A DNA stretch of 64,000 nt from Candidatus Woesearchaeota archaeon (GTDB lineage: Archaea; Nanobdellota; Nanobdellia; Woesearchaeales; JAAOYA01): contig JAAOYA010000001.1 in the NCBI GenBank assembly GCA_018221105.1, positions 50,812-114,811 on the forward strand, in the 5' to 3' direction. Numbering within the stretch: the stretch's first letter is position 1; the number at the start of each line of letters is the position of its first letter. Of the stretch, positions 1 to 9,839 are shown piece after piece. The notes beneath the pieces were generated by a model. The model had not been told where the DNA came from. It saw nothing but the letters and a program-made list of their open reading frames with translations, and ran no database searches. The translations under genes and the position numbers were made by a program.

Positions 1-14
1 TAATAATTTTCTTA

Positions 15-3000
15 ATGAGTCTTGCCGTACTCTCGATGAGCGTAAAAGCAGACCATGATACTACTGTTACTATTAGCCCAGACATTGCTAATTGTGAACA
101 AGTAGACCAGACTTACACAGTAACTGTTGGAAATGATGGAGGTTCTTCAAGTAATATTCGAGAGGTAAGAATCTATACCGATTCCGATTATGATGGAGAT
201 CAAGACGAAAATATAGCAAACTTTGATTGTGGTAGCGCGCCTAGCGGATGGACTTTAGATGATAGGACAACGCTATATAATTACTGTCAGTACGAAACAA
301 CACTTAACGGACCTGATGATATTGAGCCAGGACACAGCCTAGATTTCACTTTTGATGCCATTTTTGATAGAATAACTGGATGTGATAACAAGTTTAGAAT
401 TTCAACCATTGATGATGAAGCGCCAATAGGTGATGTTGTTTTCAAAACTCCTGAAGTAAAAATTGATTGTACTGATCCACAAATTATCAAAAACTTAGGA
501 AGCCCAAAAATTTCTTGTGAAAGTCCTGAAACCTGTGATTATTGGATAACACAAAACACTAACATTGAAATCATTGCAAGTGATGATCAAAGCCCTGCAC
601 AATGCGATTTGGGACTTGATTATTGCGAGTATAGAGTAGAAGTTGATGGTAGGGAATTGTTCGATTGGACTGAGATTGAATGGGATAATGTTAATGATCC
701 ACAATACTTTTACGATTTTAAATTTGGAGAAGATAGTGAACACTTTTTAGAAATACAATGTTATGATATTGCAGGTAATATTGCGTATCACAGCCAAACA
801 GACAAGGTTGACACCACGCCGCCAACAACCACTAAAGAAGTTAGCGAGCCTAAAAAAGTAGTTGATGGCGTTGAATGGGTTGACACCACTACTACAATAG
901 AATTCTTTGAAAAAGATGGCGGTAGTATCTGCCACATTGATGGTGTAACAACATACTACTATAATGAAGTGTTTACAGACCCCGATGATTGGACTCCTTG
1001 TTATAACCCAGGTGTTTGTCAAGAGTACGCAGATAGAATGAGCCACGAGGCAGAACTCTGGACAGAGTACCCTGGTGGGCCATTAAACAAAGAACGAGAA
1101 TCGTGTCACGTCTTATACTTTTATAGTGAGGATGCTATTGGCAACGAAGAACCAATACAAACCAATTGTTTCTTTGTAGATAAAACGCCACCAATGATTA
1201 TCAAGGACAATGGTGATGCATTACCTGATGGCGGAGAACCAGTATTTACAAACCTTGATAATCCAGAAGGTGAATTTCACTGGATAACAAAAAGCATGCC
1301 AGTAACTTTTACGTGTGATGATAGTAGTGATGGAACAGCACCTCACCCTTCAGGTGACGAACAGCTTTGTTATAAAGTATCATTTGATGAAGCTCCAGGA
1401 ACACTATCTTATATTACTCAAAGATATTGTGCTGATCCACTAGATGGTGAAGGATACTGTTGTGTTGATGCTAACGTGCAAAGACCTTTCGTGTTTAAAT
1501 TCCTGGAAGAGAGTATGCACAACCTTGAATATTATTGTGTTGACGCAGTAGAAAAGAAAAGTGAAGTGCACACGCAATACTACAAAGTTGATGACACACC
1601 TCCAAGCATGACAAAGGATATGTTCGGATCATTCTTAGGCGATTGTCCAAGCGGAACAGATCTTGAACACGGAGATTGTTATGTAGCTGATAATGGAGAG
1701 AGTGGAGTAACAATGAGAGTCCAAGATGAAGGAGAGATTTGTGCAGTTGGAGTAGACTATTGTACAACTGCAGTTTGGTGGTTTACAGATGAGCAGATGT
1801 GTATAGACAAATATGGTCCAGATGCGTGGAGTGTTGATAAATGCTTAGTTGAGAATATTAGATTCACTGATGAATTAAGTATATACTTCGATGAAGATTC
1901 AACACACAAACTATACACTAATTGTGTTGATAAGCTTGGAAACAGATGGGATGGCTTCGGAGATGTAGAATTTTTCCTAGTTGACTCAACACCGCCAGTA
2001 ACAACAAAAACCTATGGGGAGCCTCATTATCCAGGAGATATAAATGTACCAGGACCTTATCCGCACTGGATAACGATTCAAACACCAATAACGCTTGCTG
2101 CAGAAGATGAAAAAGTTGGTGTAGACCAAATTTACTGGAGATATATCGTTGTTGATAATAGATGGTGTAATAGTGAATTTAGCGGATGTCAAAGTTATGA
2201 CGCACCTATTGATGAACAATTTATTCCTTATGATGATACTGTAAGATTGCCAGAAGAATCATGTCACTTAATTGAATTTTATAGTGTTGATTTATTAGGA
2301 AATGAAGAAGGAATTAAAAGGCAGTGTGTATACGTAGAAAATACGCCTCCAGAGACTAGAAAAGTTATTGGAGAGCCACAAGTAACAATTGGTGATGACT
2401 TATACATTAGTCGACTAACACCTATCACAATGTATTGTGAAGACCTCGGTGAACACCCGGTCGACCACGTAACATTATTCTACAGGACAAGATACGCGGA
2501 CGTGTGCGGTGATTGGACAGCCGATAATTGGGGACCAACACAAGAGTACCGGCACGGACTGCCAAACAACCATGATGTAACTGGCGATAATCCGTTCTTG
2601 TTAGAGTACGTGTTGTACCTTCAAGAGGATTCATGCCACGAACTAGAATACTGGTGTGAAGACGCATTAGGAAATGTTGGGCCAGTCAAGAGCGAGATTG
2701 ATATTGTTGACACACAAGCGCCAAACATTGAAATAGAAGTTGAAGGGCCACAAATACTACAAGCTTGTCCAGGAGAAAGAGATCAAGAATTGTGTTTGTA
2801 CATTGATGGCGTTACCGAATTGATTGTTAACGCCACAGATCCAGAGCCACACCCAGTTAATGAAGTGACTTGTAATTGGGATTATGATGTGTTAGGCGGA
2901 GAAAAGATTGGTAGCGGAGCACAAGATGTTGTACCGCCATTTGTTATAAACTTCCCAGAAGAAAGCGAACACTTACTATGGATTGAGTGTGAAGACAAAC

Positions 3001-4388
3001 TAGGCAATGCAGCATTTGTACGACAAACATACATTGTTGACAAGACACCGCCATTAGTAAGAAAGTGGTACGGGCAACCATGGGTCAATAACGATAGAGG
3101 CGTTGAGTGGATTACTAGCGACACACCGATATTTGCAGAAGCAATAGACCCACAACCGCACCCTTCAGGAGTGCGAGAAGTCTCGTATAGGACAACAAGA
3201 GTTGATGACGAGTATTGTTACAACCAACGAGAACTATGCGAGTCAGCAACAGGAAGTGGAAACTTCACAGCACTAGGTGAATCGTTTAAAATTGACGAGG
3301 ACTCTTGTCACTTAATAGAAATAATGGCAGTTGACAACGTTGAAAAAGAAACAACACACAAGCAATGCGTTTTTGTTGACAACCAAGCGCCAGATCCAGT
3401 AAAAACTGTTGGCGAGCCAAAAAGCACTTGGAATGGCGCTGATGCAAACTTTTACAACATTAGTAACTTGTGCTGGGCTGACGGACCACTAGGTATTGAT
3501 TGTTGGAAAGTAACACTGCTAACTCCACTAAACTTAGCGTGTGAAGACCCGCAACCACACCCAGTAGATCACAACACAGTATGCTTTAAAGTAGAGGTTG
3601 ACGGCGACGACTATACGCAAAATTATTGTGGTGACAGAAGATTAAACGATCAAGGCTACTGTTGTATGGACAGTGAACTGCCAACGTTTACTTTTAGAGA
3701 AGTAAGCGAGCACAACTTAGCATACTATTGTCAAGACGCGCTAGGCAATACTGGACCATTGGATGATGAGAAGTTCAAAGTTGAAGAGACTGCCTTTAGA
3801 ATACAACTCAACAAGAAATGGAACCTCATCAGCACGCCAGTAAAACTATTAGATGATAGCATGGACGAAGTATTTGATGACGTAGCAGAAAGTGTTGTAA
3901 GTGTTTGGGCTTTTGATGGAACAGACTGGTTTGTATACACTCCAAACGGTGATGACACCGACGATAACCTTGATACTATGGTACCAGGGGATGGTTACTG
4001 GGTGCTAGCAGAAGACGATGATATGCTAATCATTGGCGGAAGCTTATTCAGCCCTGCAGTAACACCGCCATCAAAAGATATAGTGCACGGTTGGAACCTG
4101 ATAGGCTATTTTGGAGCTGAGAACGCTCCTGAAATAGATGGCATGCCTGGCTATTACGGGCCTGCTGGTAACGGAAAAGAAGCTGGTTGTGCAATGTATT
4201 CAATTGGAGATAGCATTTGGGATAAAGGCTTTGCTTCACTGTGGAGTTATTGGGAACCATACAATCCAGACTTGTGGCTAGCATTTGATAGGTACAGCAA
4301 CATGGACCCTGGAGCAGGATACTGGGTTTTTGCCACAGAAGAAGGAGAGTATATTCCAACAACAGTATGCGGCGGGTTAATAGTTTAA
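15..4388 (+). CDS. Large secreted, Cys-rich, repetitive Ig-like surface protein (probably 5'-truncated by the window edge)
   Basis: Frame is open to the window start (IIFL precedes M), completing a signal peptide ending SVKA-D. About 9 modules begin with D-x-T/A-P-P/Q-x-x-x-K-x-x-G-x-P and end with E-x-S-x-H-x-L/I-x-Y-x-x-D-x-x-GN. C-terminal domain has LNKKWNLISTP / GYWV / GWNLIG repeats. Confidence 0.8.
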   Translation: MSLAVLSMSVKADHDTTVTISPDIANCEQVDQTYTVTVGNDGGSSSNIREVRIYTDSDYDGDQDENIANFDCGSAPSGWTLDDRTTLYNYCQYETTLNGPDDIEPGHSLDFTFDAIFDRITGCDNKFRISTIDDEAPIGDVVFKTPEVKIDCTDPQIIKNLGSPKISCESPETCDYWITQNTNIEIIASDDQSPAQCDLGLDYCEYRVEVDGRELFDWTEIEWDNVNDPQYFYDFKFGEDSEHFLEIQCYDIAGNIAYHSQTDKVDTTPPTTTKEVSEPKKVVDGVEWVDTTTTIEFFEKDGGSICHIDGVTTYYYNEVFTDPDDWTPCYNPGVCQEYADRMSHEAELWTEYPGGPLNKERESCHVLYFYSEDAIGNEEPIQTNCFFVDKTPPMIIKDNGDALPDGGEPVFTNLDNPEGEFHWITKSMPVTFTCDDSSDGTAPHPSGDEQLCYKVSFDEAPGTLSYITQRYCADPLDGEGYCCVDANVQRPFVFKFLEESMHNLEYYCVDAVEKKSEVHTQYYKVDDTPPSMTKDMFGSFLGDCPSGTDLEHGDCYVADNGESGVTMRVQDEGEICAVGVDYCTTAVWWFTDEQMCIDKYGPDAWSVDKCLVENIRFTDELSIYFDEDSTHKLYTNCVDKLGNRWDGFGDVEFFLVDSTPPVTTKTYGEPHYPGDINVPGPYPHWITIQTPITLAAEDEKVGVDQIYWRYIVVDNRWCNSEFSGCQSYDAPIDEQFIPYDDTVRLPEESCHLIEFYSVDLLGNEEGIKRQCVYVENTPPETRKVIGEPQVTIGDDLYISRLTPITMYCEDLGEHPVDHVTLFYRTRYADVCGDWTADNWGPTQEYRHGLPNNHDVTGDNPFLLEYVLYLQEDSCHELEYWCEDALGNVGPVKSEIDIVDTQAPNIEIEVEGPQILQACPGERDQELCLYIDGVTELIVNATDPEPHPVNEVTCNWDYDVLGGEKIGSGAQDVVPPFVINFPEESEHLLWIECEDKLGNAAFVRQTYIVDKTPPLVRKWYGQPWVNNDRGVEWITSDTPIFAEAIDPQPHPSGVREVSYRTTRVDDEYCYNQRELCESATGSGNFTALGESFKIDEDSCHLIEIMAVDNVEKETTHKQCVFVDNQAPDPVKTVGEPKSTWNGADANFYNISNLCWADGPLGIDCWKVTLLTPLNLACEDPQPHPVDHNTVCFKVEVDGDDYTQNYCGDRRLNDQGYCCMDSELPTFTFREVSEHNLAYYCQDALGNTGPLDDEKFKVEETAFRIQLNKKWNLISTPVKLLDDSMDEVFDDVAESVVSVWAFDGTDWFVYTPNGDDTDDNLDTMVPGDGYWVLAEDDDMLIIGGSLFSPAVTPPSKDIVHGWNLIGYFGAENAPEIDGMPGYYGPAGNGKEAGCAMYSIGDSIWDKGFASLWSYWEPYNPDLWLAFDRYSNMDPGAGYWVFATEEGEYIPTTVCGGLIV

Positions 4389-4452
4389 CCTCCTCTTTTC
4401 TTTTTTTTCATTAAATTTTTATATAACTTTAGTGTAGAAGTCGGCGGTGATA

Positions 4453-5226
4453 ATGATGAATAAGGTTTTTTTGGTAATATTAAGTATGATTCTTCTTGTA
4501 GGTCTTGCAATGGCGCAATCTGCAGTACCTCATCAGTTTAAAGGAAGCGTGACAGTTAACGGACAACCAGCAGCTAATGGGTTGTTAGTAACAGCACAAA
4601 TTGACGGCGTAGAAGTTGGAGCTACAATAACACAAGATGGCGGGTATGGTGCAGCGCCATATATATTTTACATTCGAGATCCTCACAGTGATCGTGCAGG
4701 AGAAACAATAACATTTTATGTTGACGGAGTTCAAGCAGCAACAAGTGTTTTTGCAAACGGTCACAGCACAACACTAAACCTCGCAATAACAAAAGAAACA
4801 ACCAACACTGGCGGTAACGGAGGCTCTGGTGGTGGAGGCGGTGGTGGCGGCTCCGGCGGAGGAGGTGGCGGTACAACCACGCCTGCTGATGATAATGAAT
4901 CACTAGAAACTGGCGAGCTAGAAGTTACAGCACTAGCAGGCTGTGCTCCTGCGTGGAGTTGCTCACAATGGCTTGACTGTGTTAACGGTGTTGAGAAACG
5001 CGTTTGTGCAGACGTCAGTGATTGCGGCACTTTAGCTGGTAGGCCAGCAGTACAGCGCGATTGTGAAATTGAAGAAAAGCCAGAAATCCAAGGAGAAAAA
5101 GGACCATTTAGTTTTATAACAGGAGCTTTCATTGGCGGTGCAGGATCGCCTGTAATGATTGGCTTTGTCTTAATAATCTTTGGTCTTGCAGGATACTTGT
5201 ATTTTAGGCAGCGAAAGAAAAAATAA
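4453..5226 (+). CDS. Membrane-anchored surface protein (PHxFxGxVxxNG domain, poly-Gly linker, Cys-rich WxCxxWxxC module, C-terminal TM)
   Basis: Signal peptide; VPHQFKGSVTVNG domain; GGGGGGG linker; CAPAWSCSQWLDCVNGVEKRVCADVSDCG; TM helix followed by RQRKKK. GTG at 4447 is part of the GGTGA SD, so ATG 4453 or 4456 is the likely start. Confidence 0.75.
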   Translation: MMNKVFLVILSMILLVGLAMAQSAVPHQFKGSVTVNGQPAANGLLVTAQIDGVEVGATITQDGGYGAAPYIFYIRDPHSDRAGETITFYVDGVQAATSVFANGHSTTLNLAITKETTNTGGNGGSGGGGGGGGSGGGGGGTTTPADDNESLETGELEVTALAGCAPAWSCSQWLDCVNGVEKRVCADVSDCGTLAGRPAVQRDCEIEEKPEIQGEKGPFSFITGAFIGGAGSPVMIGFVLIIFGLAGYLYFRQRKKK

Positions 5227-5236
5227 TTTTATTTTT

Positions 5237-5794
5237 TTATTTTAATAATAGCATTGCTGCTTCATATTTTTGTTCTAGCATTTTTTTACTATTTTCAAAG
5301 TGCAATTGATTCCACTTGTTTTCTAGTTTTTCCCTGACTGAGTCTCTTGCTTCATCCTGAGTTTTTTTCTCATAAACAAATGCTGCTTTGAAAAGTCCTG
5401 CTAGATTGTCAAAAGCGCTTATGGTGTCGGCATCAACAAGTATTTGTTCTTCAACACTTTCACGGTTATTGTCTTGTGAACCTCTGTGATTTAATATACA
5501 TTTTTTTACAATATCAATTTTTTCTTGAGGGTAATTGAATTCTGCTAGTTTTTCCTGTGCTATTTTAGCACTTGTAAAATGATGGTCGTCACGACCATAT
5601 TGTATGGATCCAATGTCGTGCAACCAAGCTGCAAGCAACACAATTTCTACGTCAGCGTTCAATTGATTGGCTAATTCTTCACAGTATTTAGCGACAGGGG
5701 TGAAGTGGTTGACGAAAGGCTCGTAGCCATAATTGCTTGTTGGCTTTTTACACTCTTCTTCAACAAAATTTTTTATTTGTTCTACAATACTCAT
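5237..5794 (-). CDS. HD-domain metal-dependent phosphohydrolase
   Basis: H...AAWLHDIG...H...H...DAD motif set; likely start MSIVEQ at 5794. Confidence 0.85.
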   Translation of the reverse strand: MSIVEQIKNFVEEECKKPTSNYGYEPFVNHFTPVAKYCEELANQLNADVEIVLLAAWLHDIGSIQYGRDDHHFTSAKIAQEKLAEFNYPQEKIDIVKKCILNHRGSQDNNRESVEEQILVDADTISAFDNLAGLFKAAFVYEKKTQDEARDSVREKLENKWNQLHFENSKKMLEQKYEAAMLLLK

Positions 5795-5865
5795 AAAAAA
5801 GTGCAAAGAACTCTTTTTAATAAACTTAACGAAAAAAACAGAACACAAGCTTTACTAAATTACTT

Positions 5866-6369
5866 TTATTTCTTAAATATTTTAGTAGATACTTTTCCTC
5901 CTGGACAAATTTTATTAAATTTACATCTAGGACAGAAAAATTTCCATTGTAACATTAAATGAATAATTAAAAGAAGCGCATAAGAAACTAATATGAAGAT
6001 ATTATTATAAAAAAAGAAGACTGGGTAAACGAAATAAATCCCGGTCAATATAGATACTATATGTTCTTTCTTTTTAGAATACTTAAATTTTTTATTCTTA
6101 AAAAACCAAGTTGACATAATATTTGCTAAACCCATACAAAGAATACCTGGACAAAACTTCCCCCTATAAGGACATCCAATACACCAATCTTTTGCTTGAA
6201 AAAATACTAATATAAAATAGAGCAGTATATATCCAATCAAAGCAAAGATTGAATATTTATAACTATAAATTATTGAAATAATAGTAAGAAGAACCCAAGT
6301 TAACAGAACAGTAAAAAAATAAAGAAACTTATCATTATCACTCCACTTAGATACTGTTTTAATTTTCAT
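5866..6369 (-). CDS. Small 4-TM membrane protein with two Cys clusters
   Basis: Hydrophobic helices; CIGCPYRGKFCPG and CPRCKFNKICPG; visibly AT-rich. Confidence 0.65.
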   Translation of the reverse strand: MKIKTVSKWSDNDKFLYFFTVLLTWVLLTIISIIYSYKYSIFALIGYILLYFILVFFQAKDWCIGCPYRGKFCPGILCMGLANIMSTWFFKNKKFKYSKKKEHIVSILTGIYFVYPVFFFYNNIFILVSYALLLIIHLMLQWKFFCPRCKFNKICPGGKVSTKIFKK

Positions 6370-6464
6370 TATAAATAAACTTTAAGAATCATAGCTCTTA
6401 AATAGTTTTCTATTTATTTTTCCCCTTCCATCTCAAGCTAATTTGTTATTTACCATCTTGATAA

Positions 6465-6704
6465 CTAAGCAGCTTCCTTTATTTCTTTTTCGACTACCAT
6501 TTCTAAATTGCTTTTTTTATCATCTGGTTCTTCTGGATAGTCGCAAGCAGGATATTTGTGGAATTTTAGTGTGATAATGCTCCATTTCTTTGAAGCGTAA
6601 ACCATACCTTCATACATATCTCCAGGCTGGATATAATCACAACATCTATCACACCAGTGATCCTTTTGTGCCACAAATGTATATGTTCGAAGTAGCCTAT
6701 CCAT
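6465..6704 (-). CDS. Small putative Zn-binding protein
   Basis: HWCDRCC...H...C motif in a 79-aa ORF; TATA-like sequence upstream. Confidence 0.55.
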   Translation of the reverse strand: MDRLLRTYTFVAQKDHWCDRCCDYIQPGDMYEGMVYASKKWSIITLKFHKYPACDYPEEPDDKKSNLEMVVEKEIKEAA

Positions 6705-6806
6705 AACGTTTAGCGAGATGAGAAAATATATAATATTTTTGATTTACGCGTGAATGTTATAAAGAAAAATCGCTCTAAGCACTCTAAAAAAATGAGGTGA
6801 TAAAGC

Positions 6807-8780
6807 TTAGCTTATCTTGGTGTTGTCAGGCATGTTGCATTGCACGCTTTCAGTTTTTGTTTTTAATTCTTTGTCCTTGTAATAGACTTTGTTGTTTTTT
6901 ACTGTTAGCTTGATTTTTTGAAAAGTTTTGAAATCTATTTGTGCAGTTGAGGGATTTGATCCTTCAATTGTTACTTGGTCTCCTGGTTTTGATTTTGGCG
7001 CTAAAACTAATGATAGTTTTCCGCTTGTTTCTCCTGCTAGTAGCATTCCATTACTTTCAACCCCTCGCAGTTTTGCAGGTTTTAAATTTGTCAAAACAAC
7101 AATGTTTTGACCCTTAAATTCGTCCGCACTCATGTAATCAACAAGTCCACTAACAATTTGGCGTTTTTCAGTGCCCAAATCAATCTGTGCAGTGTAAAGT
7201 TTTTCTGCATTAGGATGAGGTTTCACATCAATTACTTTTGCAACTTTAAGGTTTAATAACTCAATTCCTTCAATTTTTTCTTGTTTTTTAGCTTCTATGC
7301 GCGCAAATAAAGCTGTAGCCTTATTGACTTTTTTATTTTCTAAAAAGCCCCATTTCAAATCTTTAAATGTTGTTAGTTTAAAACTAAATTGCTCGGCAAT
7401 TTTTCTAGCTGTTAGTGGTGTGAATGGTTCAATGTAGTGTGCGATGTATGCTAGTGCATGAGCTGTAGAATTTACTACTGTTGCAAGCTCTGCTGTTTTA
7501 TTGTTTTTTGCTAGCTCCCACGGTTTTTCATCGTTTATGTATTTGTTAACACTTCGAATGTAACCCCATAGTATGTCGAGTGCTTTGTTGAATTCTAGTG
7601 TGTTATAATACTTGTTTAACTCGTTTTGTAGTTTTAGAGCGTCACTTTCTAGTTTTTTGTTAGCACTAGCTTGTGGTATTATGCCATCACAATATTTTGT
7701 TGCTAGCGCGTTTACACGCATCACAAGATTTCCCAAATCATTACCTAATTCGTTGTTGTAACGGTCATTTAGTGCTTTGAAGCTGAAGTTTCCATCAAGG
7801 CCAAATGGCAGTTCGCGTAGTAAAAAATAGCGTAGTGCGTCAGCTCCGTACTCTTCTATTGCTTGATCAAGTATTACAAAATTGCCTTTAGACTTTGACA
7901 TTTTTTCTCCTTCAACAGTCCACCAACCGTGAGAGTAAACCATTTTAGGCAATTCAATACCAGCGCTTAGTAGCATTGCTGGCCAGATAACTTTGTGAAA
8001 CCATGAGATGTCTTTACCAACCAAGTGCACATCACAAGGCCAGAATTCATCAAAGTTTTTGTTTTTGTCTAATGCGCTGATGTAATTAGTCAATGCGTCA
8101 AACCAAACGTAGACAATGTGTTTTGTGTCTAGTGGGAATGGTATTCCCCACTTAAAGCTTGTGCGACTAATTGACAAGTCTTTAAGTCCTTCTTTAACCC
8201 TGTTAATTATTTCTGATTGCCGACTTTTAGGACTGATAAATTCCGGATTCTTTTTGTAATAATCTAATAGTTTATCCTGGTATTTTGATAATCGAAAAAA
8301 ATAACTCTCTTCTTTTAATAATTGCACTACACGTTTGCATTCTGGACAATTACCATCAATTAATTGTAGTTCTGTCCAATAAGTCTCGCATGGAACACAA
8401 TAATAACCTTCGTACTCGCCAAGGTAAATGTCTCCTTTATCATTGACTTTCGTTATAAGTTCTTGAACGTATTTTTTATGGTGCTCGTCAGTAGTTCGAA
8501 TAAAATCATCAAATTCAATTTCTAGTTTTTTCCAGGCCTCACGAAAACGTTTTTCTAATTGGTTAGTAAACTCTAATGGAGTCATTTTTTTTTCTTTTGC
8601 TGCTAACTCAATTTTTTCCCCGTGCTCGTCAGTGCCAGTAAGAAAGAACACTTTTTTGCCAAGCAGTTTATGCCAACGGCTAAGAACATCCGCGGCAATT
8701 GTAGTGTACGCGTGCCCAATGTGCGGAATGTCATTAGGATAGTATATTGGCGTTGTCACATAAAAAGTATTTTTTGTCAT
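6807..8780 (-). CDS. metG: Methionine--tRNA ligase, bacterial (MetRS1-like) catalytic core with C-terminal tRNA-binding OB domain
   Basis: YVTTPIYYPNDIPHIGHAYTT (HIGH), GTDEHG, CVPCE...CPEC knuckle, YVWFDAL, GKDI, KMSKS; C-terminal LKPAKLRGVESNGMLLA. Confidence 0.97.
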   Translation of the reverse strand: MTKNTFYVTTPIYYPNDIPHIGHAYTTIAADVLSRWHKLLGKKVFFLTGTDEHGEKIELAAKEKKMTPLEFTNQLEKRFREAWKKLEIEFDDFIRTTDEHHKKYVQELITKVNDKGDIYLGEYEGYYCVPCETYWTELQLIDGNCPECKRVVQLLKEESYFFRLSKYQDKLLDYYKKNPEFISPKSRQSEIINRVKEGLKDLSISRTSFKWGIPFPLDTKHIVYVWFDALTNYISALDKNKNFDEFWPCDVHLVGKDISWFHKVIWPAMLLSAGIELPKMVYSHGWWTVEGEKMSKSKGNFVILDQAIEEYGADALRYFLLRELPFGLDGNFSFKALNDRYNNELGNDLGNLVMRVNALATKYCDGIIPQASANKKLESDALKLQNELNKYYNTLEFNKALDILWGYIRSVNKYINDEKPWELAKNNKTAELATVVNSTAHALAYIAHYIEPFTPLTARKIAEQFSFKLTTFKDLKWGFLENKKVNKATALFARIEAKKQEKIEGIELLNLKVAKVIDVKPHPNAEKLYTAQIDLGTEKRQIVSGLVDYMSADEFKGQNIVVLTNLKPAKLRGVESNGMLLAGETSGKLSLVLAPKSKPGDQVTIEGSNPSTAQIDFKTFQKIKLTVKNNKVYYKDKELKTKTESVQCNMPDNTKIS

Positions 8781-8803
8781 AGAAATGATTATTCGACGAT
8801 TAT

Positions 8804-9148
8804 TTAAAAATGTTTTGTGCTGGCCTGCACTAAGACTTGATGCAATGCTTTTTCTTCTTCTGTTTCTTTTGGCAGCACATAACCTTTTTTAGTAAGACAA
8901 TTTGCGATATATAACATTACTTCAAGACACTTGTCAGCTGCTAAAACAAAACTGTTTTGTTTTAGTGACGCATACTTTTGAGATGTTTTTTCTAGTATCC
9001 AATAAGCATAAGTATCAGAAACTGTTCCAACTAAAGGTTCTAATTCGCTGATTAATTCTTTAACAGTTATTTTTGGATCAGTAACAATTTTATCTAATGT
9101 GTGTTCGGTTTTTCTTACAGTTTGTAAATCTTTGACTACTGTTAACAT
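8804..9148 (-). CDS. Hypothetical protein
   Basis: 114-aa ORF between metG and the next gene; no recognised motif. Confidence 0.55.
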   Translation of the reverse strand: MLTVVKDLQTVRKTEHTLDKIVTDPKITVKELISELEPLVGTVSDTYAYWILEKTSQKYASLKQNSFVLAADKCLEVMLYIANCLTKKGYVLPKETEEEKALHQVLVQASTKHF

Positions 9149-9182
9149 ATTATAAAAATTTTAGAATTATATAAAAAACTTT

Positions 9183-9584
9183 TTATGGCTTTGTGCGGTA
9201 CTTACTTTCACGTCTTATCCAAAAAAGAAGTCTTGCCCCAAAATCGCATGGGTGTACTTGCCAATCGTTTACTTTTGAAGGGCTGTAATCAAGTCTTGCT
9301 TGCTTTGCTATAACTTCTGGAACATAAATATTTAATTCTTTTAAGAATACGTGACTCTCTAAATCCGCGCCATTAGTTTGAGGATTAAAACTTCCGCTTG
9401 CAGATCGTTTTATCGGGATTGCTATTTTTTGGCCTTCCCACTCGCTTGCCCTGTCAGGCTCTAATCCAGTAGCTATACGCCCTAAATCTATAATATAACA
9501 GTGTTTGCTGTCAGGTCTTAGAACTCTTCTAGAAGTGTGCGTTATTGCTTGTAAAACCCTTACTAGTGAGTCATCTTCTTGCAT
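9183..9584 (-). CDS. Hypothetical protein
   Basis: 133-aa ORF preceded by an AGGAG SD. Confidence 0.55.
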   Translation of the reverse strand: MQEDDSLVRVLQAITHTSRRVLRPDSKHCYIIDLGRIATGLEPDRASEWEGQKIAIPIKRSASGSFNPQTNGADLESHVFLKELNIYVPEVIAKQARLDYSPSKVNDWQVHPCDFGARLLFWIRRESKYRTKP

Positions 9585-9695
9585 GTCGTCTCCTAAAAAC
9601 GTTTAACAGTGTTATTTTGTCATTACTGCTATATATTATTTGTTATAAAAAAAGAAAAAAATAAGATTTTGTGTAAATATCATGTTATTGCGAGC

Positions 9696-9743
9696 TTACT
9701 CGCTGTCTTTTTCGTCTTCATCTTCAAATAAGTGGTATTTCAT
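9696..9743 (-). CDS. Putative 15-aa micropeptide MKYHLFEDEDEKDSE
   Basis: Not in the ORF track. On the minus strand: BRE/TATA-like AAAAAAGTTTTTAAAT (about 9790-9805), GGAGGT SD just before ATG 9743, stop TAA inside a GCGAG-TAAG-CTCGC hairpin. Confidence 0.45.
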   Translation of the reverse strand: MKYHLFEDEDEKDSE

Positions 9744-9839
9744 TTTTTTACCTCCGACTATTTTCTGTTCAAGCCAGTATTATGTTCGCATTTAAAAACT
9801 TTTTTGTCGACGATAAAAGGAGAATATTTGTTGTTTTTT

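Noticed and set aside
4825-4875. Poly-Gly GGN tracts here and at about 29405-29445 and 33508-33527 as tandem repeats or contingency loci
   Set aside because: Mixed synonymous codons indicate selected protein linkers, not slippage repeats.
6429-6720. Imperfect inverted repeat CATCTC-AA-GCTAA / TTAGC-GAGATG flanking the 79-aa gene (cassette-like)
   Set aside because: Only 11 paired bases with a bulge and no TSD or recombinase nearby; compatible with chance.
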